64,000 nt of DNA from the human T2T-CHM13v2.0 reference genome, Homo sapiens. The notes beneath the pieces were generated by a model. The model did not search any database. It had not been told where the DNA came from and saw only the letters and a program-made list of their open reading frames with translations. Shown here in pieces: positions 1 through 13,200 of this stretch (the first letter of the stretch is position 1; each line of letters begins with the position of its first letter). The position numbers were made by a program, and so were the translations under genes. The stretch is taken from the NCBI RefSeq assembly GCF_009914755.1, contig NC_060934.1. One strand, given 5' to 3'.

Positions 1-104
1 ATTTTGTTCACTGAAATTGTCTTGTGGTTGTTCAGTTGCCTTGTGTATTTGTGCTTGTGATTTTTTTGTGAAATATTTAGTTTGAATCTGCATTAGATTG
101 CTGC

Positions 105-245
105 AAAAGGAAGGAAAGAGAGGGAAAGAAAAATGAGGGGAAAAGGCAAGGGGAAGGAGAAGAGAAAGGGAAGGGGAAGTGTGGAAGAAGAAAAAAACTG
201 TGTATGTGAGAGAGAAACAGAGAGAGAGAGGAAGAGAGAGAGAGT
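105..245 (+). repeat. Purine-rich low-complexity / (GA)n tract
   Basis: Nearly pure G/A run ending in (GA)n. Confidence 0.85.
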
Positions 246-999
246 GTTCACACCCTCAACTTAGTGTAAGTGTATTCCTAAGAGTCACATAAGAAGTTAA
301 ACTCAATGAAAAAAAAAAGCTGATTCAAATCTCTCAGCTCAGGCTCAATCAATGAAATGTGTGTAGTTTAGCCTTCCATGTCTAGAGCTGTGATCTGTCT
401 CCTTTCTTTCTTTCTTTGTCTCTCTATCTCTCTTTCTCTCGGGGATGCATAAAGACACACACACTGTACATTTTGCAGAATTAATATATATTTTTAAATG
501 ATTCATTCTGTGCTCCTCATGTAATGGGCCTTGCAAATCGTTCTTGGATGCAGTCATTTAAAAGTAACAATTTAAAATATAAATACAGAAAATGAAAATG
601 AACAACACAATTAAAAACAGACATTTGACATTTTCCCTAATTTTTGGCCTATTCAACTTTGCTTATACCTATGAGTGGGGCTGGCATTATGACACAGGAG
701 TGTGAAAATGATTGAATCTAAACATGTAAGTTGAATATGGGCAAAACCTTAGTTAATAATTGCTGTTTACACTGTTAAACTTATCCTAATGTGTTGTTAT
801 GAGGTTATTACATTTTAGTGACTCAATAATATAGAAATATATATTGGTTTCTAGAATAAATATGGAAGATACTGTGGTCTTACCACAAAACTACCACATC
901 TCTGGACTCAGAACCCCAAATTAGCTCACATATCTGGTGACATTGTGCCTCAGAGGAGGCTATGTCTCTAAATGAGATGAGTCTTGAATAGTCTAGCTT

Positions 1000-2220
1000 A
1001 AAAACAGTAATTCCATTCTCTTTTACCAGGAAGTATTTTGCAAATGTACATGTGATTCCATTTTGAGTAATGAAAAAATTTCTCTTAATTGCAAAGATAG
1101 AGAGAAGCTAAAAATCCCTTTTCAGGTTATAGAAGTTTCTGTCAGGATATAAAATTTAGAACTTCAGCAGCCATTTGGGGACTATTGATAAAATTAATTA
1201 CGGAGAAATAGCTAACATGCTAGTGATAGCAGAGTATAAAATAAAAAGAGCCCGGATCTGTGTTGTCTTTGAGTTGCTGAGCAAATCTTGATATTACCCC
1301 ATCTCTGAAAAACTTATTATGATAGATAATAAATTACCTTTTTGGTTAAATCATCTTTAATTTAGTTTTTTACATATATATAATATATATATAATCTATA
1401 TTATATATTATTATATATAATATATATATAATCTATATTATATATTATTATATATAATATATATATAATCTATATTATATATTATTATATATAATATATA
1501 TATAATCTATATTATATATTATTATATATAATATAATATAATATATATTATATATTATTATATATAATATAATATAATCTATATTATATATTATTATATA
1601 TAATATTATATAATCTATATTATATAATATTATATATAATATAATATAATCTATATTATATATTATTATATATAATATAATCTATATTATATATTATATA
1701 TAATATAATATAATCTATATTATATATTATATATAATATAATATAATCTATATTATATATTATATATAATATAATATAATCTATATTATATATTATATAT
1801 AATATAATATAATCTATATTATATATTATATATAATATAATATAATCTATATTATATATTATATATAATATAATATAATCTATATTATATATTATATATA
1901 ATATAATATAATCTATATTATATATTATATATAATATAATATAATCTATATTATATATTACTATATATAATATAATATAATCTATATTATATATTATTAT
2001 ATATAATATAATATAATCTATATTATATATTATATATAATATAATATAATCTATATTATATATTATTATATATAATATAATCTATATTATATATTATTAT
2101 TATATATAATATAATATAATCTATATTATATATTATTATTATATATAATATAATATAATCTATATTATATATATATTATATATATAGTAAATTTTCTGCA
2201 GCTGAAAGCACTTTGATACA
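1000..2220 (+). mobile_element. Old MaLR LTR (MLT1-type), split by the AT minisatellite
   Basis: MLT1-like motifs cagccatttggg and gataataaattacc...ggttaaatca lie before the repeat. The terminal ctgcagctgaaagcactttgataca follows it. Left boundary approximate. Confidence 0.55.
1372..2186. repeat. AT-rich minisatellite, roughly 23 units of about 31-39 bp
   Basis: A single marker C recurs at 1396, 1433, 1470, 1507 (37 bp), 1579, 1615, 1651 (36 bp), then 1682, 1715, 1748, 1781, 1814 (33 bp). Confidence 0.95.
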
Positions 2221-2720
2221 TGATTATTCCTGTCTCTATGTGTTTACACTGTAGGCCTCTCTCTTCTCCAAACAGGCCATGGCTCTTCACACCTGATATT
2301 TGCTCTTATTTTTCTCTTGCTTAAATATCCCATCACTTATTTCTCTGTGTACTAATCTTTGCAAACTTTACTCAGTGAAACCTCTTAAATGTAATTTAGA
2401 CTTAAGTCTTTGATGTGATCTCACATTATTTTTTCCAAAAAACACTTATTTGGGATCTTCTGTTTTGCTTGACAGATTCCTCAAGGGTCTCAGTCTGTGA
2501 TGCAGAAATAACCTATCCTTAAATGTCTAGCTAAGCAACTTAATGAATCTTTGCAATACTTTTTTTGTTGTTGACAGTTTTCATTGGACGTTTGTAGAAT
2601 TATTAAAAATAATAGTTATTAGCGACTTTATTGATCTTCAGAGCACTTTCAATTGCACTGAATTCTTATCATCTTAAATCTATCCTTTAGAGATTTTATA
2701 GATTCTTAGATTTTAATTTT

Positions 2721-3044
<324 letters not shown>

Positions 3045-3512
3045 TAGATTTTCATTTTGTTAGCACTTGTATTCTATAAAATATAAGAATAGGATATACT
3101 TTATCATCAATGGTGCTTCTGAAATGTTGCATATTGAAAGCCACTGTATTAAATTTAATTCATTAATTAAGCAATTATTGAGTATTCATTCTGTCTCTAA
3201 AATGTAGAATAATAATCAAGAAAATTAGAAGCAAAATATAGATATCTTTGGTATCTTTACGATAGTCTTCTTTTTCCTCTAGTAAAAAGAATACTGGATT
3301 AGATCAACCCTAAGTAAAAGTCTTGCTTTAATGATATTTCTAAAGTGTTTACCTAAAAAGTTTAAAAAAAAAAAAAGCTAAATTAAGCAAGGGAAAAAAG
3401 TAGATTTTTTAATAAATAAATACATGATAAAGCCATGAAAAAAACAAAACAATACTTAGAACATTCTTAAAGTTTAGAATGCACAAGAATCATAGGCATG
3501 TATCATTAAGAC

Positions 3513-3632
3513 TGTAGATTCCTAGCATCTATTACCCAAAATTCCCGAAATTCTTGGGAATCGGCATTTTTAACAAACCCACCAGGTGATCCTGATGCAG
3601 ATGATTCAGGTTTTACTTTTGAGAAACCACTG
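3513..3632. mobile_element. MER5-type hAT DNA transposon fragment
   Basis: gcatttttaacaaac...caggtgatcctgatgcag...tttgagaaaccactg. Confidence 0.65.
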
Positions 3633-4482
3633 TACTACGTAAGTCTAAGAGTGACTGCACTCTCTGTCCTTGCTATTTATTTTTCTCTTCTTTCATTCTT
3701 AGAGATTTGTTCCACCAATGAGGCAGAAAAGTTTGGGAACAGAGCAATGCCCATTTACTTAAGCAACCTTACATTTCTAAAGCCAGGACATTGCCCCCTT
3801 TCTGATAGTCGTGGATATTCTCTTTAAAATACAAACTAACATTGGCTTTTTTGGGTGATAAGAATTTAAGTGCTGACTACCTGCACTGTATTAATGAGAA
3901 AAATCCAATTATGGTTAAATGATTTAATACCCACACGCCCCAAACACCTGGCCTCCATTAAGAAAGGTCCACTCACTACTTTCTGACAGTTCAGTGACAA
4001 CAACTGTCAAATAAGGGACAATTCTCCATTTAGTAAAATGAGGGCATAAGGCAGTTTAAGCAATTTATCACTATCACAGATATGGGAAGCAGGGTAGGAG
4101 ACAGCTGTAACATCCACGCCACACACATTCACATTCAATAATGGAGAGAGAAGGAATGTTGAGGCTCTAGCAACTCTGTGTTTCCCAAGATGATTCCATC
4201 CCCCCAGAATCCCCTTTACTAATATGGGTTTGCACCAGTTTAGATAAAACGGCAGCTCTCTGAAAGGAGGTGTTGAATCCTACAGTTAAAGATGCTCTAG
4301 AAATGGAATATGGGGTTATTAGCACTATTTCTTCTCAGCTGATAGATTTGGTCATTCATCATTTTTAGGAAAGAGGGAAAGACTCCAGCCTTTCACACCT
4401 ATGTTGTAAGCATTGTTTGTAATATTCTCTTTTCAGCTGTGATGACTAGAAATTCAGTTCAAAAGAAGATAATTTCTAAGGA

Positions 4483-4510
<28 letters not shown>
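4483..4510. repeat. (AC)14 microsatellite
   Basis: Direct reading. Confidence 0.95.
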
Positions 4511-4513
<3 letters not shown>

Positions 4514-5045
4514 TATATATATTTTCTGGTGACCTAAAGACAGAGACTTAGTACAAAAGTGCCTCAATGGGCCTGTAATTGAGAAGTGGCGGAAATGTAG
4601 ATAATTACGATTTTCTCTTTATCTCTGTAAATTCTCTTGTTCTTTTACACTTTTTTTTGAAGTATCTTCCCTTATCTTTGTGTCTTTTTCTGTAGCTCTC
4701 TCTTCTCTCTTTGGGTTTCCCCCATTTGTTCACATTGAATATAACTGTGAGTCTGTGTTTTAGTTCCAATAAGCAGCATCAACTTTGCCCTTATCAATCT
4801 TTAGACAGCCTTAAGCTTGTCTCTGATTAAGCTCAGGCTACTGTGCCATCAGCTGCTGAAAATTCTATGTTATTGTCATTGTTTGTGTGTCTCCTCTAAT
4901 CTAATTTCCTAAAGTAAAAAGTGGAGGACTAAGTAAGGCTATGCAATTTTTGTCCACCCAAGAGGGACTGGGATTTGAGCAGGCAACATTAACTTTGCTC
5001 CTAAGAGAAAGTCCCAACACTCTAATCATTTTTTCTGTTTCATAC

Positions 5046-7801
5046 TGTTAAAACATGTCCCTGGCTGACAGACAAAATGGACTCCCTATGACTAACTGAA
5101 GTAAGTTAAAACAAAACCAACAAAACCAGGTGGCCATGCCTGGGTGACAAAGTGGTCGCATACTCTGTGTTCTCAGAAAGATGTCAAAGCATCACAGGAT
5201 CTTCCTTTCTACAATTGATATGGTTTGGGTGTGTCCTCATGCAAATTTCATCTTGAATTGTAGCTTCCATAATTCCCACGTGTTGTGGGAGGGAGCTGGT
5301 GTGAGATAATTGAATCATGGCATTTCCCCATACTGTTTTTGTGGTAGTGAATAAGTCTCATGAGATCTGATGCTTTTATAAAGGGAAATCACTTTCACTT
5401 GATTAAATTCTCTCTTAGTCTGCTTCCATGTAAGACATGCCTTTTGCCTCCCACCAAGATTGTGAGGCCTCCCAGGCACATGGAACTGAGTCCATTAAAC
5501 CTCTTTTTCTTTATACATTACCCAGTCTCACGTATGTCTTTATCAGAAGTGTGAAAACAGACTAACACAGTAAATTGGCACTGGTAGAGTGGGGTCCTGC
5601 TGTAAAGATATCAAAAAATGTGGAGGCAACTTTGGAACTGGGTGGCAGGCAGAGGTTGGAACAGTTTGGAGGGCTCAGAAGGACAGGAAAAGGTGGGAAT
5701 GTTTGGAACTTCCTAGAGACTTTTTCGTTGGCTTTGACCAAAATGCTGATAATGATACGGACAATGAAATCCAGGGTAAAGTGATCTCAGATGGAGATGA
5801 GGATACTGGAGTAAAGGTAACCCTTGCTATGTTTTATCAAAGAGACTGGTGGCATTTTGTCCCTGACGTAGAGATTTGTGGAACCTTGAATTTGAGGGAG
5901 ATGATTTAGGTTATTTGGTGACATAAGTTTCTAAGTAGCAAAACATTCAAGATGTGACTTCAGTGCCATTAAAAGCATTCAGTTTTAAAAGTGAGACAGA
6001 GCATAAAAATTCAGAAAATTTGCAGCCTGATAATGCAGTAGAAAAGAAACACCCATTTTCTGAGGAGAAATTCAAGCCAGTTGCAGAAATTTGCATAAGT
6101 AATGAGGAACCAAATGTTAATCACCAAGGCATGGGGAAAATGTCTCCAGGGTGTGTCAGAGACATTTGTGGCAGCCCCTCCCATCATAGGCCAGGAGCCC
6201 TAGGAGAAAAAAGCGGTTTCATGGGCCAGGTCCTGGACCCCCCTTTCCGTGTGCAGCCTAGGAACTCGGTGCCCCGTGTCCCAGCTGCTCCAGCCATGGC
6301 TATAAGGAGTGAAGACATAGCTCAGGCTGCGGCTTCAGAAGGTGCAAGCCCCAAGCCTTGGTAGCTTTCACATGGTGTGGAGCCTATGGGTCCGCAGAAG
6401 TCAAGAACTGAGGTTTGGGAACCTCCACCTAGATTTCAGAGGATGTATGGAAATGCCTGGATGTCCAGACAAAAGTTTGCTGAAGGGGCAGGGCCCTCAT
6501 GGAGAACCTCTGCTAGGGCAGCATGGAAAGGAAGTGTGGGGTTGAAGTCCCCACAAAGAGTTGCCACTGGCGCACTGCCTAGTGAAGCTGTGAGTAGAGG
6601 GCCACTGTCCTCCAGAACCCAGAAAGTAGATTTACTGATAGTTTGCACTGCATGCCTGGAAAGCAGCAGACACTCAAGGCCAAACTGTGAAAGCAGCCAG
6701 GAGGGAGGCTGTACCCTGCAAAGCAACAGGGGTGGAGCTGCCCAAGACCATGGGAACCCACTTCTTGCATCAGCATGACCTGGATGTGAGACATGGTGTC
6801 AAAGAAGATCATTTTGGAGCTTTAAGATTTGACTGCCCCACTGGATTTCAGACTTGTATAGGGCCTTTAGACCCTTTGTTTTTGCCAATTTCTCTCATTT
6901 GGAATGTATATATATATATATTCATACCCAATGCCTGTACCCCCATTTTATCTAGGAAGTAACTAACTTACTTTTGATTTTACAGGCTCATGGGTGTAAG
7001 GAACTTGCTTTGTCTCAGATGAGACTTTGGACTGTGAGCTTTTGAGTTAATGATGAAATGAGTTAAAACTTTGAGGGACTGTTGGTAAGGCATGATTGGT
7101 TTTAAAATGTGAGGACATGAGATTTGGGAGGTGCCAGGTGTAGAGTAATATGATTTGGCTGAATCCCCACCCAAATCTCACCTTGAACTGTAGCTCCCAT
7201 CATCCCCAAGTGTTGAGGGAGGGACCCGGTGAGAGATAATTAAATCATGGGGGTGGCCTCCCCAGCCACGTGGAACTGTGGGTCCATTAAACCCCTTTTT
7301 CTTTATAAATTACCCAGTCTCAGGTATGTCTTTATCAACAGCGTGAAAACGGACTAACACAACAATAAAGCAAAAACAGATCCTGTTCTTGGTGCCAAGA
7401 TAAACTACAGCTGGAACTACTTCCTTTTGCCCCCTATGCCATCCCTACACTGGCCCTTTAGCACTAGCCCTTTGAAAGAAACATCTGACAGAAACTTCTG
7501 GTTTGGGGCTTGGAAATCAACCAATCAGAGCTCACCTGAATCAACCAATCAGTGTATAGAACAGTCATGACTCATCTGTTTTGACCAATCAGAATTAAGC
7601 AAGGATCTATCCTTCATTTGGATGAAGACAGCTTATTGGGAACCTGGGTGGGAACTATAGCTATAAAACCCTAACCCTCTCTTTGTTCTCTGAAATGTGT
7701 CTTAGCTTGAAACCACAGGCTGTATATCCATGGTTTGAAAACTGTTCACTGAAATAAAGTCTCTTTCGTCCAAATTCCTTTCCAGAGAACATTTGCTTAC
7801 A
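5046..7801 (+). mobile_element. ERV1-type solo LTR (pieces 5046-5215 and 7362-7801) interrupted by a THE1 element
   Basis: TG...CA termini, 4-bp flanks atac/atat, repeated accaatcag boxes (7520-7592), ctataaaa near 7661 and aataaa near 7753. Family not determined. Confidence 0.7.
5216..7361 (+). mobile_element. Full-length THE1 MaLR (THE1C-like): 5' LTR 5216-5569, internal 5570-7145, deleted 3' LTR 7146-7361
   Basis: tgatatggtttgg start, THE1-int sequence and a perfect 5-bp TSD acaat (5211-5215, 7362-7366). Confidence 0.92.
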
Positions 7802-8869
7802 ATATAAATTTACCACTCTCCCTCACACAAATACAAACAGATTCATTCACATTTAATGATGCATTATGATTACAATGCAGTTCAACTTATCTTATTCCAG
7901 CCAACTTCCAAGGAAACTGTATTTGTGTTTGGTTGGGTTTTGAAACTTAAAAGTCACAGCCTTGGTGTGAAAAGACTGAGGTTCGAAGTTTTACACAAAG
8001 AAGGCCTTTACACCAGTCTTAATTATACATGAGTTTCCAGTAAAATGAGAATATTATGAATTTATGGAGGCATGGAAATCTCATGATATAATGTACCCTG
8101 AAAAGTATTATTAAACTACAGTAAATTTTTTAGTAACCTACCTAGGAATAAGTAATCACTGTTTTAGCTTAACCTTAAATATTTTATTGACATCTGAAAT
8201 TTGGACTTTGACATATATACACACACACAGAACTACTTCAGGATGGTGATTTTTTTAAAAATCGTTTGTCCTTAAAATGTGGTTTTAACTTCCTGACTCA
8301 GGAAATTCAAATGCTTACACATTACAAATGAAAATTATGGCTTACATTTTCTGAATTATCTCAAAGCTACGGGGAGTCAAACATATTACAAAAGAAGGAC
8401 AATTTACTCAGGAGGACTTGATAAAAGATGTTACCACCCACTGAAACACCACTGTAATACCTCAAAGAAAGAAGCTGCTTATGCATATTGCTTAAGTGTC
8501 TTCATTTTTTTTTTCTGAGTAGTAACAGTAGTGAATAACAATGTTATGCTGCTTCCTCAGTAAACTGGAGACTGCTACAAGGGACATGTCATCAGTCTCC
8601 TCCTTATCACTTTAGGTCAAACTTAAAATGCTGAATAAACATGCCTCCAGTCTGGCATTAAAATAAAAAAAAAGATCAAAAAGACATGATAATTATTGTC
8701 TAAATAGTCTTATCAATCTTGCTAACAATGAGATTTAATATATCAGAATACCTATATTTAGATTTTTCCATATAAGACAAATTCTCAAAAATGAAAGTTA
8801 CTGCAGATCATGTGATGACAAATTCTTATCAATTTCAGAGTTCTTTTATTTTTTCAAAACAAACTAATT

Positions 8870-9099
8870 CAAGCTTGTCTAACCCATAGCCCACAGGCTA
8901 CATGGGGCCCAGGTTGGCTCTGAATGTGGCCCAACACAAACATGTAAATGTCCTTAAAACATTATAAGATTTATTTGTGATTTTTTATTATCAGCTCATC
9001 AGCTGTCATTCACGTTAGTGTAATTTGTGTGTGGCCCAAGACAATTCTTTTTCTTCCAGTGTGGCTCAGGGAAGCCAAAAGATTAGACAGACACCTCTG
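8870..9099 (-). mobile_element. MER30 DNA transposon
   Basis: caagcttgtctaacc...gggaagccaaaagattagacagacacctctg; reverse-complement homologue of the copy at 55924. Confidence 0.85.
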
Positions 9100-9403
9100 A
9101 ATTAGTTCAGTGCATTATGAACACTCTTACTTTGTATTACCATGAAGGCATTAAACAAAAAAAAAAATCAGCAGTATTTTACAATAACTGTGATGAGTAC
9201 ACTAGAAATTGCATAGAAATTAAATGCCCCTAATTAAAGGCCTGACAACATATATTGTCCAGTACATATTTTTACATATTGTCTACTACCAAGTTCCAAC
9301 AGATAATTCAAGTGGTACTTAATAAACAAAAGGTGACCAAATGAGAAAATGAACTTATACAAAAGAAAGAAGAATGCTTCTTCTTCTGAACAATAGTGCA
9401 GAC

Positions 9404-9887
9404 TGACAAAGATTCTTTGCCTGGCCAAACTTGATCAGGCTTCTGAATCTTCTCCTAGGCTCATCTGTATACTTCCTCATAAAATCACTTTTTAACAAAG
9501 AACCATACTATATCACTTTACCAAGAACTCCTCTACCTTTGATGAATGATCTATCTTGAAAACTCATCAGGTTTCTCATCCTGCACCACCCCTTAGGTGA
9601 TGTCTGATCACCCTGACTTGTCTTCAGCAACAATCGTATTAGCGTGTTTTAGCCAGAATTCCCCTAATCTCTGATGTTTCCTCCTAGTAATTTTCCATCC
9701 AGTGACCCTGACCCTGCTCCTTGGTTATAAAGTCCCACTTGCCCATGCTTTATTTTTAGTTGAGTCCAATATCTCTCTCCAACTGCAAGACCTCATTGCA
9801 ATGATTTCTATACCTATTGCAGTGGTCCTGAATAAGGTCTTTCTTACCATGTTTTAATGTATCATTAAATAATATTTTTATTTAACA
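9404..9887 (+). mobile_element. MER31-like ERV1 solo LTR
   Basis: tgacaaagattc...tttaaca termini, with tataaa box and aataag signal in the expected positions. Confidence 0.8.
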
Positions 9888-10271
9888 ATTGTCTAGAGGA
9901 CTTTTAGAAGAAGATATTTACTAAATTATTTTTTTCTAAATACATCAGCCATGAAAGGATAGGGAATGCTGCAGGAACAAACCCTTAAACTTTCATTTTT
10001 TTCTTTACTTTTCATATCTACATATCTAATATGCATCAGCAAGTGGTCTCTTTTTATTGTTGTCATTGGCTAATGAATGTTTCTCCTCAACATGTTTTTC
10101 TCTGATCACAACAGCAGGGGCAGAGAATATGATTACTTGTATATTGGTTCTTTGAGTTTACATTTCATTAGTCAAAGCAAATACTTTTCTCCAGGCAAGA
10201 AAAGTACACCTCTAGTATGAATCAAAAGAGAGGAAGAACCAAACATTTTTGGTAAACAGCTCAAGTGCTTT

Positions 10272-13200
10272 TGTTAACAGCAGTGAATCCATATGGGTCT
10301 GCAGCAACTCGGTCCTAACCTCAGAGGAAAGAATGTGATTTAGGGGAAGAAGTAAGTTTAAGGCAGAGGGAGAGATTGAGGTGAGTTTTAGAGTAAGAGT
10401 GAGAGCTTATTAAAAAGTTTTAGAGCAGGAATGAAAGCAAGCAAAATACTCTTGGAAGACGGCTAAGTGGGTGACTTGAAAGATCCAAGTGCCTTGTTCA
10501 TCCCTTCACTTGGGGGTTTTCTACATTGGCATGGTTTGGGGGTTTGCCATTCTCCTCCCTTGATTTTTCTTTTGGGGCAGGCTGTCCACATGCACAGTGC
10601 CTGCTGGTGCACTTGGGAGGGTCTTCATGTGCAGTATGTTTACTGAAGTTGTTGCATGCTTACTTGAGGCATTTTTGCCTTACCAGTTTAACATTCCCAG
10701 AAAAAGGTCATATACTAGTGAAATTCTGCCATTTTGCCTCTTAACGTGCATGCTTCAGCCCTCTTGCCCAACTTCTAAGCTCTTATTGGGAAGCTGCTGA
10801 TCACCAGCTTCAAGTGTTTTCTATCTATTGGGAGACTATATTTCCCTGGCACTGGCTGTGATCAATTATTCTTTTACAGAAAAAGTTTAAAAGCCACCTA
10901 ACCATCACCTGACGATCAGCTGACATTCCTGGGGGTGGTCCTCTCCTGCCCTGCTCATATCTGCCTAACCATCTAGTTGATATGGTTTGGCTCTGTGTCC
11001 CCACCCAAAACAAATTACAATGTCAAATTGTAATCCCCATGTATTGAGGGAGGGATCTGGTAGGTGGTGACTGGTTTATGGGGGCAGTTTCCCCCATGCT
11101 GTTCTCCCGATAGTGAGTTCTCACGAGATCTGATGGTTTAAAAGTGGCACTTCCATTTTTGCTCTTTCTGCCTCCTGCTGCATGTAAGATACACCATGCT
11201 TCTCCTTCACCTTCTGCCATGATTGTAAGTTTCCTGAGGTGTCCCTAGCCATTCAGAACTGTGAGTCAGTTAAACCTCCTTTCTTTGTAAATTACACACT
11301 CTCAGGTAGTATCTTTATAGCAGTGTGATAACAAACTAATACAGGAAATTGGTACTGGGATAGTGGAGTACTGTTAAGATGATAACCTGAAAATATAGAA
11401 GCAACTTTGGAACTGGGTAATGGTCAGAGGTTGGAACAGTTTGGAGGGCTCAGAAGAAAACAGGAAGATGTGGGAAAGTTTGGACCTTCCTAGAGACTTT
11501 GTGAATGCTTTCAACCAAAATGCTGATAGTGATACGGACAATGAAGTCCAGGCTGAGGTGGTCTCAGATGGAGGTGAGGAACTTATTGGGAACTGGAGCA
11601 AAAGTCACTCTTGCTATGCTTTAGCAAAGAGACTGGTGGCATTTTGCCCCTGCCCTAGATCTGTGGAACTTGGAACTTGAGAAAGATGATTTAGGGTATC
11701 TGGCAGGAGAAATTTCTAAGCAGCAAAGTATTCAAGATGTGACCTGTCTTTTTCTGAAAGCATACAGTCATAGGCATATATGAAGACATTATGTGAAACT
11801 GGAACTTATGTTTAAAAGGGAAGCAAAGAATAAAACTTTAAAGAATCTGCAGCCTGACCATGTGGTAGAAAAGAAAATCCCATTTTCTGGGGGAAAATTC
11901 AAGCTGGGTGCAGAAATTTGCATAAGTAACGAGGAACCAACTATTAATAGCCAAGACAATGGGAAAAATGCCTCCAGGGCATTTTAGGGATCTTCATGGC
12001 AGCTGCTCAAATCACAGGCCTGGAGGCCTAGGAGGGAAAAATGGTTTTCTGAGCTGGGACCAGGGCCCCACTGCTCTGTGCAGCCTTAGGACATGGCATC
12101 CTATGTCCCTGCCACTCTAGCTCCAGCCATGGCTAAAATGTACAGTTCAGGCCATTGCTTCAGAGGTGCAAGCCCCATGCCTTGGTGGCTTACATGTGGT
12201 GTTGGGCCTGCAGGTACACAGAAGACAAGAGTTGAGCTTTGGGAACCTCCACCTTGGTTTCAGAGGATGTGTGAAAATGCCAGCATGTCCAGGCAGATAT
12301 CTGCTGCAGGGGTGGAGCCCTCATGGAAAACATCTACTAGCATAATGCAGAGGGAAAAAGTGGAATTGGAGTCCCCACTTGGGACTGCCTAGTGGAGCTG
12401 TGAAAAGAGTCCCACTGTCTCCTCCAGATCCTAGAATGATAGATCCACAGACAGCTTGCATCATGTGCTTGGAAAAACCACAAGCACTCAATGCCAGCCT
12501 GAGAAGGCAGCTGCAGGGGCAGTACCCTGCAGAGCCACAGGGACATAGCTGCCCAAGGCCTTGGAAGCTTACCCTTTGCATTAATGTGCCCTGGATGTGA
12601 GACATGGAGTCAAATGAGATTATTTCGAAGCTTTAAGATTTAATAACTGCCCTGCTGTGTTGTGGACTTGCATGGGGCCTGTGGTGCCTTTATTTGGGCC
12701 AATTTCTCACATACAGAATGGGTGTATATACCTAATGTCTGTACCCTCATTGTATCTTGGAAGTAACAACTTGTTTTTGATTTTATAGGCTTATGGGTTA
12801 AAGGGAATTGACTTGTCTCAGATGAAACTTTGAACTTGGACTTTTGAGTTAATGCTGAAATGATTTAAGACTTTAGGGAACTATTGAGAAGGCATGATTG
12901 GTTCTGAAATGTCAAAAGGACAAGAGATTTGGAAGAGGCCATGGTTGGAATTATATGGTTTGTCTCTGTGTCCCGACTAAAATCTCATGTTGAATTGTAA
13001 TCTCCATGAATCTAGGGAGTGACCTGGTGGGAGGTGACTGGATCATGGGGCAGTTTTCCCCCTGCTGTTTTTGTGAGAGTGAGGGCATTCTCATGAGGTC
13101 TGATGGTTTAATAGTGATAATTCCCCCTTCACTCTCTCTCTCCTGCTGCCATGTAAGATGTTCCTTCCTCCCCCTTTCCCTTTTGCTGTGATTGTAAGTT

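Noticed and set aside
1372-2186. CRISPR-like periodicity of 33-37 bp
   Set aside because: No unique spacers and a eukaryotic context; it is a plain minisatellite.
5575-6962. Several 70-136 aa ORFs in THE1-int, with similar ones at 11420-12600
   Set aside because: Fragmented vestigial MaLR internal reading frames; no intact gene.
7257-7269. PRDM9 hotspot motif in the THE1 LTR
   Set aside because: Reads CCTCCCCAGCCAC, lacking the T of CCTCCCT associated with hotspot activity.
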